A stretch of 37,703 nt of DNA from positions 1-37,703 of the forward strand of contig CAZFLB010000019.1 of NCBI GenBank assembly GCA_964518945.1, in the 5' to 3' direction. Shown here piece after piece: positions 18,157 through 26,252 of the stretch. Below the pieces are notes generated by a model. That model was not told where the DNA came from and did no database searches. It worked only from the letters and a program-made list of their open reading frames with translations. Made by a program: the position numbers and the translations under genes. Position 1 is the first letter of the stretch. Every line of letters begins with the position of its first letter. The stretch comes from an uncultured Acidobacteriota bacterium. GTDB taxonomy: Bacteria; Acidobacteriota; Vicinamibacteria; Marinacidobacterales; SMYC01.

Positions 18157-19555
18157 TTGTATTACGGCTCCTAGTGTGATGCTTCCTTTTGTTCTTCTTT
18201 TTACTGCTAGACGGATTTTTGCGTTTCATCCCGTCCGATTTTGTTCCTTCGTTCTCCAGATCGTTTTTGTAATGTTTATGTAATAGATAGTTGATGAGAT
18301 TTGTTCTCTCTGGAGAAGCAAGAAGTTGGTTAGTTAAGCTATTTAATTCACTCTCAACTGAGCTTTTGGACTCCGTTGCTTTTAGCAAAAGTTGTTGCAG
18401 GAGTCTTTCGTTACGGCGCCTCGATATTTCTTCCGAAGAGGGCGTGTCTCTTTCGATAAGTTGAAGTTGGTATTGGTTTTCCAACCGATTAAAACTTACA
18501 AGATCTGTTGCGGAGACGAGTGACACAACGTTTCCACCACTGCCACTTCTTCCTGTCCTTCCAGCGCGATGGATATAATCCTCAGGTGAGTCTGGAGTTG
18601 AATAGATAAAGACGTGGGAAAGTTCATCTATATCGATACCACGAGCGGCAACATCGGTTGCAACAAGGTGACGGATTTTACCTGAGCGAAAGAGCGACAT
18701 CACGCTTTCACGCTTTTTCTGGGTGAGGTCACTGGAGATCATTTCTACAGGCAATCCTTTTTGGGTCAGATATGTTGATACTGATCTCACTTCACTGCGA
18801 GTATTACAAAAAATCATTGATGCAGTTGGTTGATCTAACTCAATAAGGTTAAAAAGAACCCGTTCTTTGTCCGCTGTTGGTGACATGATGTAGGAATGTT
18901 TCACTTCGCGCACGTAAGCGAAATCTTCGGAAAGAGATATCCACTTAGGGTTTTGTAGATAATTGTGGATGATCCCACGAATGCCTATAGGTACAGTTGC
19001 AGAATACAAACTAGTTTGCCTTTTAGCTGGAACAAAAGTCATTATTTCGCTCATCTCTTGAGCAAACCCCATATCCAACATCCTATCTGCTTCGTCTAGC
19101 ACAAGAGATTGCACACTACTAAGTTCTAAAATCTTACGCTTTAGGAGGTCTAGTACTCTTCCGGGAGTGCCTACAATAATCTGGACGCCGGATCGAATAC
19201 TATCTATCTGCTTTTGAATAGAATTCCCCCCATAGACAGCCTGAACGCGTAGTTGGTGCCCAGACCCGATCCGCCCAAGTTCGTCACAAACCTGTGCCGT
19301 GAGTTCTCGCGTTGGTGTTAAAACCATTGCCTGTATGTTGGCAGTATTGGCATCAACCTTTTCAACAAGAGGTATTCCAAATGCTGCAGTTTTTCCGGTT
19401 CCTGTGCGAGCCTGAACTACTAGATCTCTGCCTGACATCGCTAGCGGAATGGATTCTTGTTGAACAGCTGTTGGCTGAGTGTATCGCATGTCTTTGAGCG
19501 CACGGATGGTGGGAGTGGATAAGTCGAAATCTAGGAATGTTTTGTTGTTTGTCAC
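18152..19555 (-). CDS. DEAD-box ATP-dependent RNA helicase
   Basis: The Q motif and motif I are present (ARTGTGKTAAF). Motif II is VLDEADRMLDMGF, motif III is SAT, and motif VI is HRAGRTGRSG. There is a basic Lys/Arg-rich C-terminal tail. Confidence 0.95.
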   Translation of the reverse strand: MTNNKTFLDFDLSTPTIRALKDMRYTQPTAVQQESIPLAMSGRDLVVQARTGTGKTAAFGIPLVEKVDANTANIQAMVLTPTRELTAQVCDELGRIGSGHQLRVQAVYGGNSIQKQIDSIRSGVQIIVGTPGRVLDLLKRKILELSSVQSLVLDEADRMLDMGFAQEMSEIMTFVPAKRQTSLYSATVPIGIRGIIHNYLQNPKWISLSEDFAYVREVKHSYIMSPTADKERVLFNLIELDQPTASMIFCNTRSEVRSVSTYLTQKGLPVEMISSDLTQKKRESVMSLFRSGKIRHLVATDVAARGIDIDELSHVFIYSTPDSPEDYIHRAGRTGRSGSGGNVVSLVSATDLVSFNRLENQYQLQLIERDTPSSEEISRRRNERLLQQLLLKATESKSSVESELNSLTNQLLASPERTNLINYLLHKHYKNDLENEGTKSDGMKRKNPSSSKKKNKRKHHTRSRNTN

Positions 19556-19747
19556 TCTTTTATTTCTGGTTGCTGGTTGACATTAATTTTATAAGAATGC
19601 CCTATCCTCTCATGCTTAGAACTGAAAAAGAACTCGGGTTGGATTCAATCGCGCTGCAATAGGCACAGGTGTGTTACTTTAAAACTCAGAAATAGGAGCT
19701 GACAGCTCTCCGTTTTTGTCGTAAATATCAACTGAAAATCAATTTTT

Positions 19748-20968
19748 TTGAAAAGGTTGGCGGTAAATAAAGGAAGACAGTTGCGACAGGTTAGAAGTCT
19801 CAGTAGGCGTGAAGCAGTAAAAAGTATTGGTATGGGGCTTCTTGGCTTCGGAGTTGCTAGCTGTTCTTCGCGAAAGTTTAGCAATTTAAATTCAAGTATC
19901 AGCAAGCTTGCTTTGCCAATACCTAGCGTTTCTTGGGACCGTATTCTTGGAACCACGGTTGGCTTTCGACCCTACCGCTCAAAGGGGTTCGTTCTTGGAA
20001 GCGAAATGTATGACCGAAAGTTCGTGGTACACAATTATGGACACGGTGGAGCAGGGATGTCCTTATCTTGGGGTACCGGCCAGATGGCTACAGAACTGGC
20101 ACTTGAGCGGCCTGAGCGTAGAGCTGCAGTTTTAGGTTGCGGTGTAGTTGGTCTCACCTCTGCACGTCAACTACAACGTAGTGGTTTCACGGTCACTGTC
20201 TACGCTGCAAGTATTCCACCGAACACGACTTCTAACATGTCACTTGCTGCGTTTACGCCTACATCGGGGCTGCTGGATTTTCGAAGTAGAACTCCGCAAT
20301 GGGAAGAACAGTTCCGGCGTGCGGTGCGGTTGGCATACGAACAGCTTCAGTTACTAGTGGGTTCTCGTTATGGCGTTTCCAAGATTCAGCACTATACACC
20401 TACGGATGACATACGGCTTGGCTCTGGGCAGAACATGCTTCTCCCGAAAGAGCTGCAGCCGGAAATGCGCATGTTGAAAAGAGGTGAACATTCATTTCCG
20501 AAGCCATTTGTCGTTGAACAAACGCAGATAAAGATAGAGCCTTCGATTTATCTAGATGCGTTGCTTTTAGATTTTCATCGCTTTGGGGGAAAACTGGTCA
20601 TGAGAGAATTTGAATCTATTAACGAAGTAGTTTCTTTACCTGAGGCTGTCATTGTGAATTGCACTGGACTGGGGTCGAAGAAGCTTTTTGAAGACGACGA
20701 GCTAGTCCCGCATAAGGGACAGCTTACCGTCATGATTCCTGACAAGGCCATCCAATATGCGACGAATGGTGGTTTGAAAACTTCAAGCGGACGTCCAGGC
20801 AGCGGTCTTCACATGTACCCTCGTTCCGACGGCATTGTTCTAGGAGGTACGTCGGAGAAGGGAGTTTGGAATACAGACGTCAACAAAGAAGAGCAAAATC
20901 GAATTGTAAACGGCCACATTGATCTGTTTGATGCAATGCGAATACTATCGAATGTACAATCAACATGA
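19748..20968 (+). CDS. FAD-dependent D-amino-acid-oxidase-like oxidoreductase, Tat lipoprotein, with permuted motif order
   Basis: The leader is Tat-like (LSRREAVKSIGMGLLGFGVASC, with a VASC lipobox). DAAO motifs VGFRPYR...VVHNYGHGGAGMSLSWG come before the Rossmann motif AAVLGCGVVGLTSA. IVNCTGLGS...PHKGQ and VLGGTSEKGVWN are also present. The start codon is uncertain (TTG at 19748 or downstream). Confidence 0.8.
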   Translation: MKRLAVNKGRQLRQVRSLSRREAVKSIGMGLLGFGVASCSSRKFSNLNSSISKLALPIPSVSWDRILGTTVGFRPYRSKGFVLGSEMYDRKFVVHNYGHGGAGMSLSWGTGQMATELALERPERRAAVLGCGVVGLTSARQLQRSGFTVTVYAASIPPNTTSNMSLAAFTPTSGLLDFRSRTPQWEEQFRRAVRLAYEQLQLLVGSRYGVSKIQHYTPTDDIRLGSGQNMLLPKELQPEMRMLKRGEHSFPKPFVVEQTQIKIEPSIYLDALLLDFHRFGGKLVMREFESINEVVSLPEAVIVNCTGLGSKKLFEDDELVPHKGQLTVMIPDKAIQYATNGGLKTSSGRPGSGLHMYPRSDGIVLGGTSEKGVWNTDVNKEEQNRIVNGHIDLFDAMRILSNVQST

Positions 20969-21049
20969 TCTATATTTGTTGTCAGGCTCTGTCATTATTG
21001 TTATGTCGTAGCAGGACTTTCACGTTAAAAGTGTGAAGAGGAGAGAGCG

Positions 21050-21886
21050 ATGAAACTAACTAGGTATAGCCTTTTTATTGCGGCTCTGCTGGGTGTGTGC
21101 TGGACTAACACGTTACCTGCCCGAGTGCAGCCAGGGGATAACATGGATTTATACAACACGGCAAAAAAGAAAATGATGGAAGGAAAACCTATCATCGGCG
21201 GGACAGTTTATACGTCCGATCCGAACATTTATTGCGCGATGGCGGATGCAGGGTTTGATTTCCTTTGGATTGAGATGCAGCACAGTCCGCTCACATACTC
21301 GGATGTTGCGAAAATGATACGAGCCTGTAAAGGTGCGAAAGCGGTTCCCTTCATTCGTGTCCCAGATGCTACCCAGGGGGATATTCAGAAGGCCACGGAC
21401 ATCGGCGCGCTCGGAATTATAGTTCCTATGGTTGCAACCGTAAAAGAGGCTGAGGACGCTGTTATGTACGCGAAATACCCTCCCTTGGGTAAGCGTAGCC
21501 AAGGCGGTGGTCAGTACGGTGAGTTGTGGGGGGAAGGCTATCGTGCTACTGCGAACGAAAATATTATGGTTATCGCTATGATCGAGTCACCCGATGGCGT
21601 TGAAATCGCAGATGAGATTGCAGGAGTTGAAGGAATTGACGTTGTTTTTGCCGCTAGTGGTGATATCGGAAGCTTTAGCGGATACTCTCAAGATGATGAG
21701 AGGTACGAAGCTCTTATTAGCAAGATCCAGGATGACACACTTGCTGCAGGAAAGAAGTTGGGTGGTCCATTTATGTGGAACGACCGAGAAGGTTATAGTT
21801 TTTTTCAGGCTTCGAGTGAAGCAGGTTTAATTCGTGCTGGGACCAAAGTTTTACTGGAGACAATGAAGGGTCAATACGAATACTAA
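21050..21886 (+). CDS. HpcH/HpaI family aldolase with an N-terminal signal peptide
   Basis: GAGGAGAG lies upstream of the ATG. The N-terminus is hydrophobic (MKLTRYSLFIAALLGVCWTNTLPA). Family strings are present: AGFDFLWIEMQHSP, PFIRVP, GALGIIVPMV, KYPPLGKRS, and MIESPDG...IDVVFAASGDIG carrying the metal Glu/Asp. Confidence 0.75.
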   Translation: MKLTRYSLFIAALLGVCWTNTLPARVQPGDNMDLYNTAKKKMMEGKPIIGGTVYTSDPNIYCAMADAGFDFLWIEMQHSPLTYSDVAKMIRACKGAKAVPFIRVPDATQGDIQKATDIGALGIIVPMVATVKEAEDAVMYAKYPPLGKRSQGGGQYGELWGEGYRATANENIMVIAMIESPDGVEIADEIAGVEGIDVVFAASGDIGSFSGYSQDDERYEALISKIQDDTLAAGKKLGGPFMWNDREGYSFFQASSEAGLIRAGTKVLLETMKGQYEY

Positions 21887-21916
21887 TTCAATGGAGGCTT
21901 TAGGGTAAGTGATCTG

Positions 21917-22162
21917 ATGGTTGAACGTAAGGTTGGTCGCAACGAACTATGTTTTTGTGGAAGTGGAAAGAAATACAAAAATTGTTGTGAGGGCAAGGCG
22001 CAGTGGCTCAATCCCGTAGGATGGGCTACCGTAGTCGCAATAGTTGTTGCTGTGGTGGTTCTTGTTTATTTTGTGCTGATGTCGTCGCCAAGGAGTGGTT
22101 CAGCGGGACGCTCTTGTCCTCCGGGTACGGTATGGACCCATGGCCACTGCCATAAGGTGTAA
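21917..22162 (+). CDS. Small SEC-C-motif membrane protein
   Basis: The N-terminal [13 protein letters not shown] is the SEC-C zinc-binding motif. A single TM helix follows ([20 protein letters not shown]). The tail is Cys/His-rich ([13 protein letters not shown]). Confidence 0.6.
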   Translation: MVERKVGRNELCFCGSGKKYKNCCEGKAQWLNPVGWATVVAIVVAVVVLVYFVLMSSPRSGSAGRSCPPGTVWTHGHCHKV

Positions 22163-22167
22163 AACTT

Positions 22168-22902
22168 TTGTCGCGCCTTACGGATTTTAAGGCTTTAACA
22201 TTTGATTGTTATGGAACCTTGATTGACTGGGAATGTGGAATTTGGAACGCATTTCAGCCTCTTTTGCAAGCGAATGGTGATCCGGCCATAACTCAAGAAA
22301 ATTCGCTTAAGGCTTTTGCTGAAATCGAGGCAGAGCTTGAGCAGTGCAGCCCTGGGCTTCTTTATCCTGATTTATTGTCACGCGTACACGCGAAATTCGC
22401 ATTGAAATTCGATCTTGAATCTACTAGTGAGCTTGATTCGAGGTTTGGAATGTCGATCGAATACTGGCCTGTATTTCCGGACACTATTGAGGCTCTTCGT
22501 TATTTTAAAACGCGGTATAAGCTATTTGTTTTGTCCAATGTAGACCGCAAAAGTTTTGATTGCTCAAATCGTAAGCTCGGTGTTACCTTCGATGGCGTAT
22601 ATACCGCAGAGGAAATCGGTACTTATAAACCGACACTTAACAACTTCGAGTACATGTTGTCTAGATTGAAATTGAACCACGGGCTTGAACATTATGACGT
22701 TCTTCACGTTGCCCAAAGTGTTTTTCATGATCACGTGCCTGCAAAGGCCATTGGTCTCTCGACTGTTTGGATAGATCGGTATCGGCTGTCGGAAAAGGGT
22801 GATTGGGGTGCGACTTCTACGGTCCAGCGTTTTCCAAAAATGGACTTCACGTTTTTTTCTCTAAAGGAGATGGTTACCGCTTTACAAGCGATGTCTGCGT
22901 AG
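22168..22902 (+). CDS. HAD superfamily hydrolase, type II haloacid dehalogenase-like
   Basis: Motif I is FDCYGTLIDWE (the D-x-Y-G-T-L variant typical of L-2-haloacid dehalogenases). SN (LSNVD), K (YKP) and the C-terminal acidic region are present. The start is TTG, 5 nt after the previous stop. Confidence 0.75.
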   Translation: MSRLTDFKALTFDCYGTLIDWECGIWNAFQPLLQANGDPAITQENSLKAFAEIEAELEQCSPGLLYPDLLSRVHAKFALKFDLESTSELDSRFGMSIEYWPVFPDTIEALRYFKTRYKLFVLSNVDRKSFDCSNRKLGVTFDGVYTAEEIGTYKPTLNNFEYMLSRLKLNHGLEHYDVLHVAQSVFHDHVPAKAIGLSTVWIDRYRLSEKGDWGATSTVQRFPKMDFTFFSLKEMVTALQAMSA

Positions 22903-22937
22903 AGGAGAAAAGGGTGATCTTTTTTCAGTTAATTATT

Positions 22938-24827
22938 TTAGCAAGATACGCACTTGTGGTTGTTCTTTGAGCCGAGCTCTTCAAGTAGTGCGAGCGCTTC
23001 TGGCCATGGCTGAACACGCTGTACAGGACCATTGGCCATGTCTGCAGTCGTTTGCCCTTGACGACTCACAGCGGTGACATCGCACCCTTTTGATACTAAA
23101 TACTCAATCATCTCGGAGTCGCCTCTTGTGGCAGCGTGATGTATCGCGTTGTATCCTTGGTGGTCACGAAACACAACATCTGCTCCTAATTCCTCGACAA
23201 GGTATTTAACGGTTGGCATGAAGCCGTCACGCACATGCTTATGTGAGTTGCCTGCAAAACCAGCTCCGTACCCGACGCCAGCTGCAGCTAGGAGAGGAGA
23301 GACTGCTGGACCACCTTGTGGGACGGGAGGCAAACCGGAGACATCTTCTATGTCCTCCCTGGGGCCGATTCCATCTGTTGGCTCTACCTCGGGAACTCGG
23401 GTAGGCACGTGCGGGTCTGCCCCATGGGCAACCAGCAGTTTCATAGCAGGAATGTCTGTACCGTAAGCAGCTCGCCAAAAAGGAGTCGCTCCATTCTCAT
23501 TAACGCCTGAGAGATCAAAGTTGTAACCTGAATACCATATTTTCTTTGACAAACGAGTATTGGGATCTGCTCCGTTCTTTAGAAGAATTTCCATGAAATC
23601 CAGATATGACAACTTTTGTTGTAAGTGGGCTCGTGGTTGAGGGTAGAGAGCTTTCGGAGCCCAGCGAAGATTGATAGCTGCATAAAGTGGTGTTGCTCCA
23701 GCCTCGCTTTGTAGATTTGGGTCAGCACCTTTCTCGAGCAGTGAGTTCGCCAAGTCGAAGTGCCCATTGATAGTTGCAATTAACATAGGTGTTGTCTTGT
23801 CGCCACCCGTCAGAGAGTTTATATCCGCGCCTGCTTGTAGTAATGCATCTACGCTGTCTTTATTTCCTTGGCGAGCGGCGAAATGTAAAGCCGTCATTCC
23901 ACCCTGATTGCCTACGATTTCTCCAAAAGGAAGGCGTCGAAATCGGCTTCGGCGACGCTGCTCGTCAGGACTAACTTTTTCTCCACCATCGCCCACTCCA
24001 GGAAGCCAGCCAAACATCTTTGACAGAAAACTTCTTCCTTTCTTTTTTTCTTCAGTTTCACAGTCGGGCTCGTTAAACGCTCGAACGCAAGGCCTATCTT
24101 TGTCGACTTTTTCTTCAGGAGCTGACTCTCCGGACTCCTGAGCCGCTGCCAGTTGTATCGCTTGAGCTTCTTCTAAGCGTTGTGTTCTTCGTTCTTTATC
24201 AGCTTCACTCCATTTTTTTTCGACAGCAGCTGTCTCAAAAATATTTGTGGTTGCCGTGATGTCTGCGTCGTTTTCTGCGAGTACGTTGATCACCTCATGA
24301 CGATTAAAGGCTGCAGCAAACATTAGCGGCGTGCGTCCTTTAGCTGATTCTTCTGCATTCACATTGGCGCCGCCTTCGATCAACATTTGTACTACATCGG
24401 CATTTCCTGATAGGGATGCGTACATAATAGGAGTTGTTCCAAACTCAGTTTTCGAATTGACGTCGGCATTAGCGTCGAGGAGTATCTCAATTAAATTACG
24501 GTTGCCTGTCTTGCCTGCTAAGTGCAAGGCCGTGAACTTACCTAATCTAGTTAGAGCATTTACATTTGCACCGGCATAAAGCAACATCTCAGCTATTTCT
24601 ACATTCTCATGTTTAGCTGCCCAGTGAAGTGCAGACATGCCATCACCGTGCGAAGCGTTCACATCTATTCCTTGCTTAAGAAGGGAGCGTACGGTATCCG
24701 CTTCTCCCTTCATTGACGCATCGGCTATCGGAGACATTCCGGGTTTTGGAACGTCTTTTGGTGCTGCACCGAGAAGGCAAAAAGAGAATGCAATTAGAAG
24801 CGCAATAGTTTTTATGCTCTTGAACAT
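22938..24827 (-). CDS. Secreted ankyrin-repeat protein, module B component 3
   Basis: It has a signal peptide (MFKSIKTIALLIAFSFCLLGAAP). ANK repeats are present, e.g. DGMSALHWAAKHENVEIAEMLLYAGANVNA. A long charged insert follows. The distal region is closely similar to module A, e.g. GLPPVPQGGPAV...GFAGNSHKH...MANGPVQRVQPWPE. The protein ends GSKNNHKCVSC. An AAGGAG RBS lies 6 nt upstream. Confidence 0.85.
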   Translation of the reverse strand: MFKSIKTIALLIAFSFCLLGAAPKDVPKPGMSPIADASMKGEADTVRSLLKQGIDVNASHGDGMSALHWAAKHENVEIAEMLLYAGANVNALTRLGKFTALHLAGKTGNRNLIEILLDANADVNSKTEFGTTPIMYASLSGNADVVQMLIEGGANVNAEESAKGRTPLMFAAAFNRHEVINVLAENDADITATTNIFETAAVEKKWSEADKERRTQRLEEAQAIQLAAAQESGESAPEEKVDKDRPCVRAFNEPDCETEEKKKGRSFLSKMFGWLPGVGDGGEKVSPDEQRRRSRFRRLPFGEIVGNQGGMTALHFAARQGNKDSVDALLQAGADINSLTGGDKTTPMLIATINGHFDLANSLLEKGADPNLQSEAGATPLYAAINLRWAPKALYPQPRAHLQQKLSYLDFMEILLKNGADPNTRLSKKIWYSGYNFDLSGVNENGATPFWRAAYGTDIPAMKLLVAHGADPHVPTRVPEVEPTDGIGPREDIEDVSGLPPVPQGGPAVSPLLAAAGVGYGAGFAGNSHKHVRDGFMPTVKYLVEELGADVVFRDHQGYNAIHHAATRGDSEMIEYLVSKGCDVTAVSRQGQTTADMANGPVQRVQPWPEALALLEELGSKNNHKCVSC

Positions 24828-24841
24828 GAGTGCTCCTTAGA

Positions 24842-26212
24842 TTAGATAGCAGCTTCGCCTGTACTGTCTCCGAAGCTGTCCATTTCAAGTCCAAGACGGC
24901 GCATTACTGTTAGCATCGTGTTTGCCATTGGAGTGCCATCGGCTTCTTTAATGTGCAAATTGCCCTTGAATTGGTTGCGGCCGTGGCCAGCAAGAAAGAG
25001 TGGGCAGCGTTTGTGATTGTGAACATTTGAGTTGCCCATCGGTGAACCATAAACAATTAGCGTGTTGTCAAGAAGGTTTCCCTCACCATCAGGTGTATTT
25101 TTTAGTGTTTCAAGAAAATGAGGCACCATCGAAACGTGATAAGTGTTGATTTTTGCAAAGTCCAGTACCGTTTTTTCTTGATCTCGATGATGGGAGGCAG
25201 GATGAAACCCTGTGTTTACTCCACTTTCAGGGTATGCTCGTCCAGATCCGTCACGACCTAATTTAAAGGCAAACACCCGTGTGGTGTCAGACATAAATGC
25301 GGCGGCCTGAAGATCGAACATTAACTTTACATGTTCTTCGAAAGAATCAGGAACGCCTATAGGGGCATTTGGCAATTCGCGAGATTCACCGCTAGCATTA
25401 CGTTCTTCTATCTTTTGGATGCGGCGCTCGATTTCACGAACATTGTCAAGATAATCGTCTAAACGACTGCGATCAGAGGGCCCTAGAGTTTTTTTCATGC
25501 GCGCAACCTCATCGGTTATCCAATCCAAGATGCTGCGGTCGGTTTTACGGCGTTCACTTCGCTCTTCAGGTGTGGCCCCGGCGCCGAATAATTGGTCAAA
25601 GACGATGCGAGGATTGCGAATCATCGGCAGAGGATCTGTCGGTGAAGCCCAGCTAATTGAGTCTGTATATACACATGAATAATTGTAAGTACAGCCACCA
25701 GCTTGGTCTACGTTTTCAATAGACAGTTGCATTGATGGCATTGGAGTATCTTGTCCAAATTTCTGTGCATATAACTGGTCTACCGATGTGCCGGCACGGA
25801 CATCAGATCCTTGAGTTTGTTTCGGGTGTGCTTGAGTCAAGAAAACAGCACTCGACCGAAAGTGGTCTCCACCAATTTCAGGGAGTGTGAATGCCTCTGC
25901 CATTCGCACATCGGTGTTACTTACGATCGTAAGATAATCACGGTACGGTTCTAGTGAAATCAGGCTGGTTGGGGACAAATCAAATTCATTTCCCTCTAAA
26001 GCTGGAGACCACAGGTTCTTTTCTATCCCTATTTTGGTGCTACCTGCTGCTCCGTGTACCATCTCAATGCATACCAGGCGCGAAGGGTCAGACTTTGGTG
26101 CAGCCCAAGCTTTGCCTGCCGGGACCATCGATTCCAAAAAAGGCAAGGCTATAGTTGCTCCTACCCCACGAAGTACAGTCCGTCGAGACAAGTGCTTATT
26201 AGTGATATACAT
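24842..26212 (-). CDS. Tat-exported DUF1552 (HXXSHH) family protein, module B component 2
   Basis: The start was chosen at the ATG at 26212, 8 nt after AGGAGG. The ORF-track start at 26290 overlaps the upstream gene and lacks an RBS. The Tat leader is LSRRTVLRGVGATIALPFLES. FHPASHHRD and NSNVHNHKRCPLFLAGHG are present. By eye, well over half of the aligned residues match module A. Confidence 0.85.
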   Translation of the reverse strand: MYITNKHLSRRTVLRGVGATIALPFLESMVPAGKAWAAPKSDPSRLVCIEMVHGAAGSTKIGIEKNLWSPALEGNEFDLSPTSLISLEPYRDYLTIVSNTDVRMAEAFTLPEIGGDHFRSSAVFLTQAHPKQTQGSDVRAGTSVDQLYAQKFGQDTPMPSMQLSIENVDQAGGCTYNYSCVYTDSISWASPTDPLPMIRNPRIVFDQLFGAGATPEERSERRKTDRSILDWITDEVARMKKTLGPSDRSRLDDYLDNVREIERRIQKIEERNASGESRELPNAPIGVPDSFEEHVKLMFDLQAAAFMSDTTRVFAFKLGRDGSGRAYPESGVNTGFHPASHHRDQEKTVLDFAKINTYHVSMVPHFLETLKNTPDGEGNLLDNTLIVYGSPMGNSNVHNHKRCPLFLAGHGRNQFKGNLHIKEADGTPMANTMLTVMRRLGLEMDSFGDSTGEAAI

Positions 26213-26252
26213 CGCTGTGTTCCTCCTAAAACTTAAAAGGCCTTGAGATATT

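Noticed and set aside
19577-19598. TTGACA hexamer upstream of the DAAO-like gene, considered as a -35 box
   Set aside because: The only A/T-rich -10-like hexamers (TATAAG, AAGAAT) lie 7-10 nt downstream. That spacing is far from the 16-18 nt required for a sigma70-type promoter.
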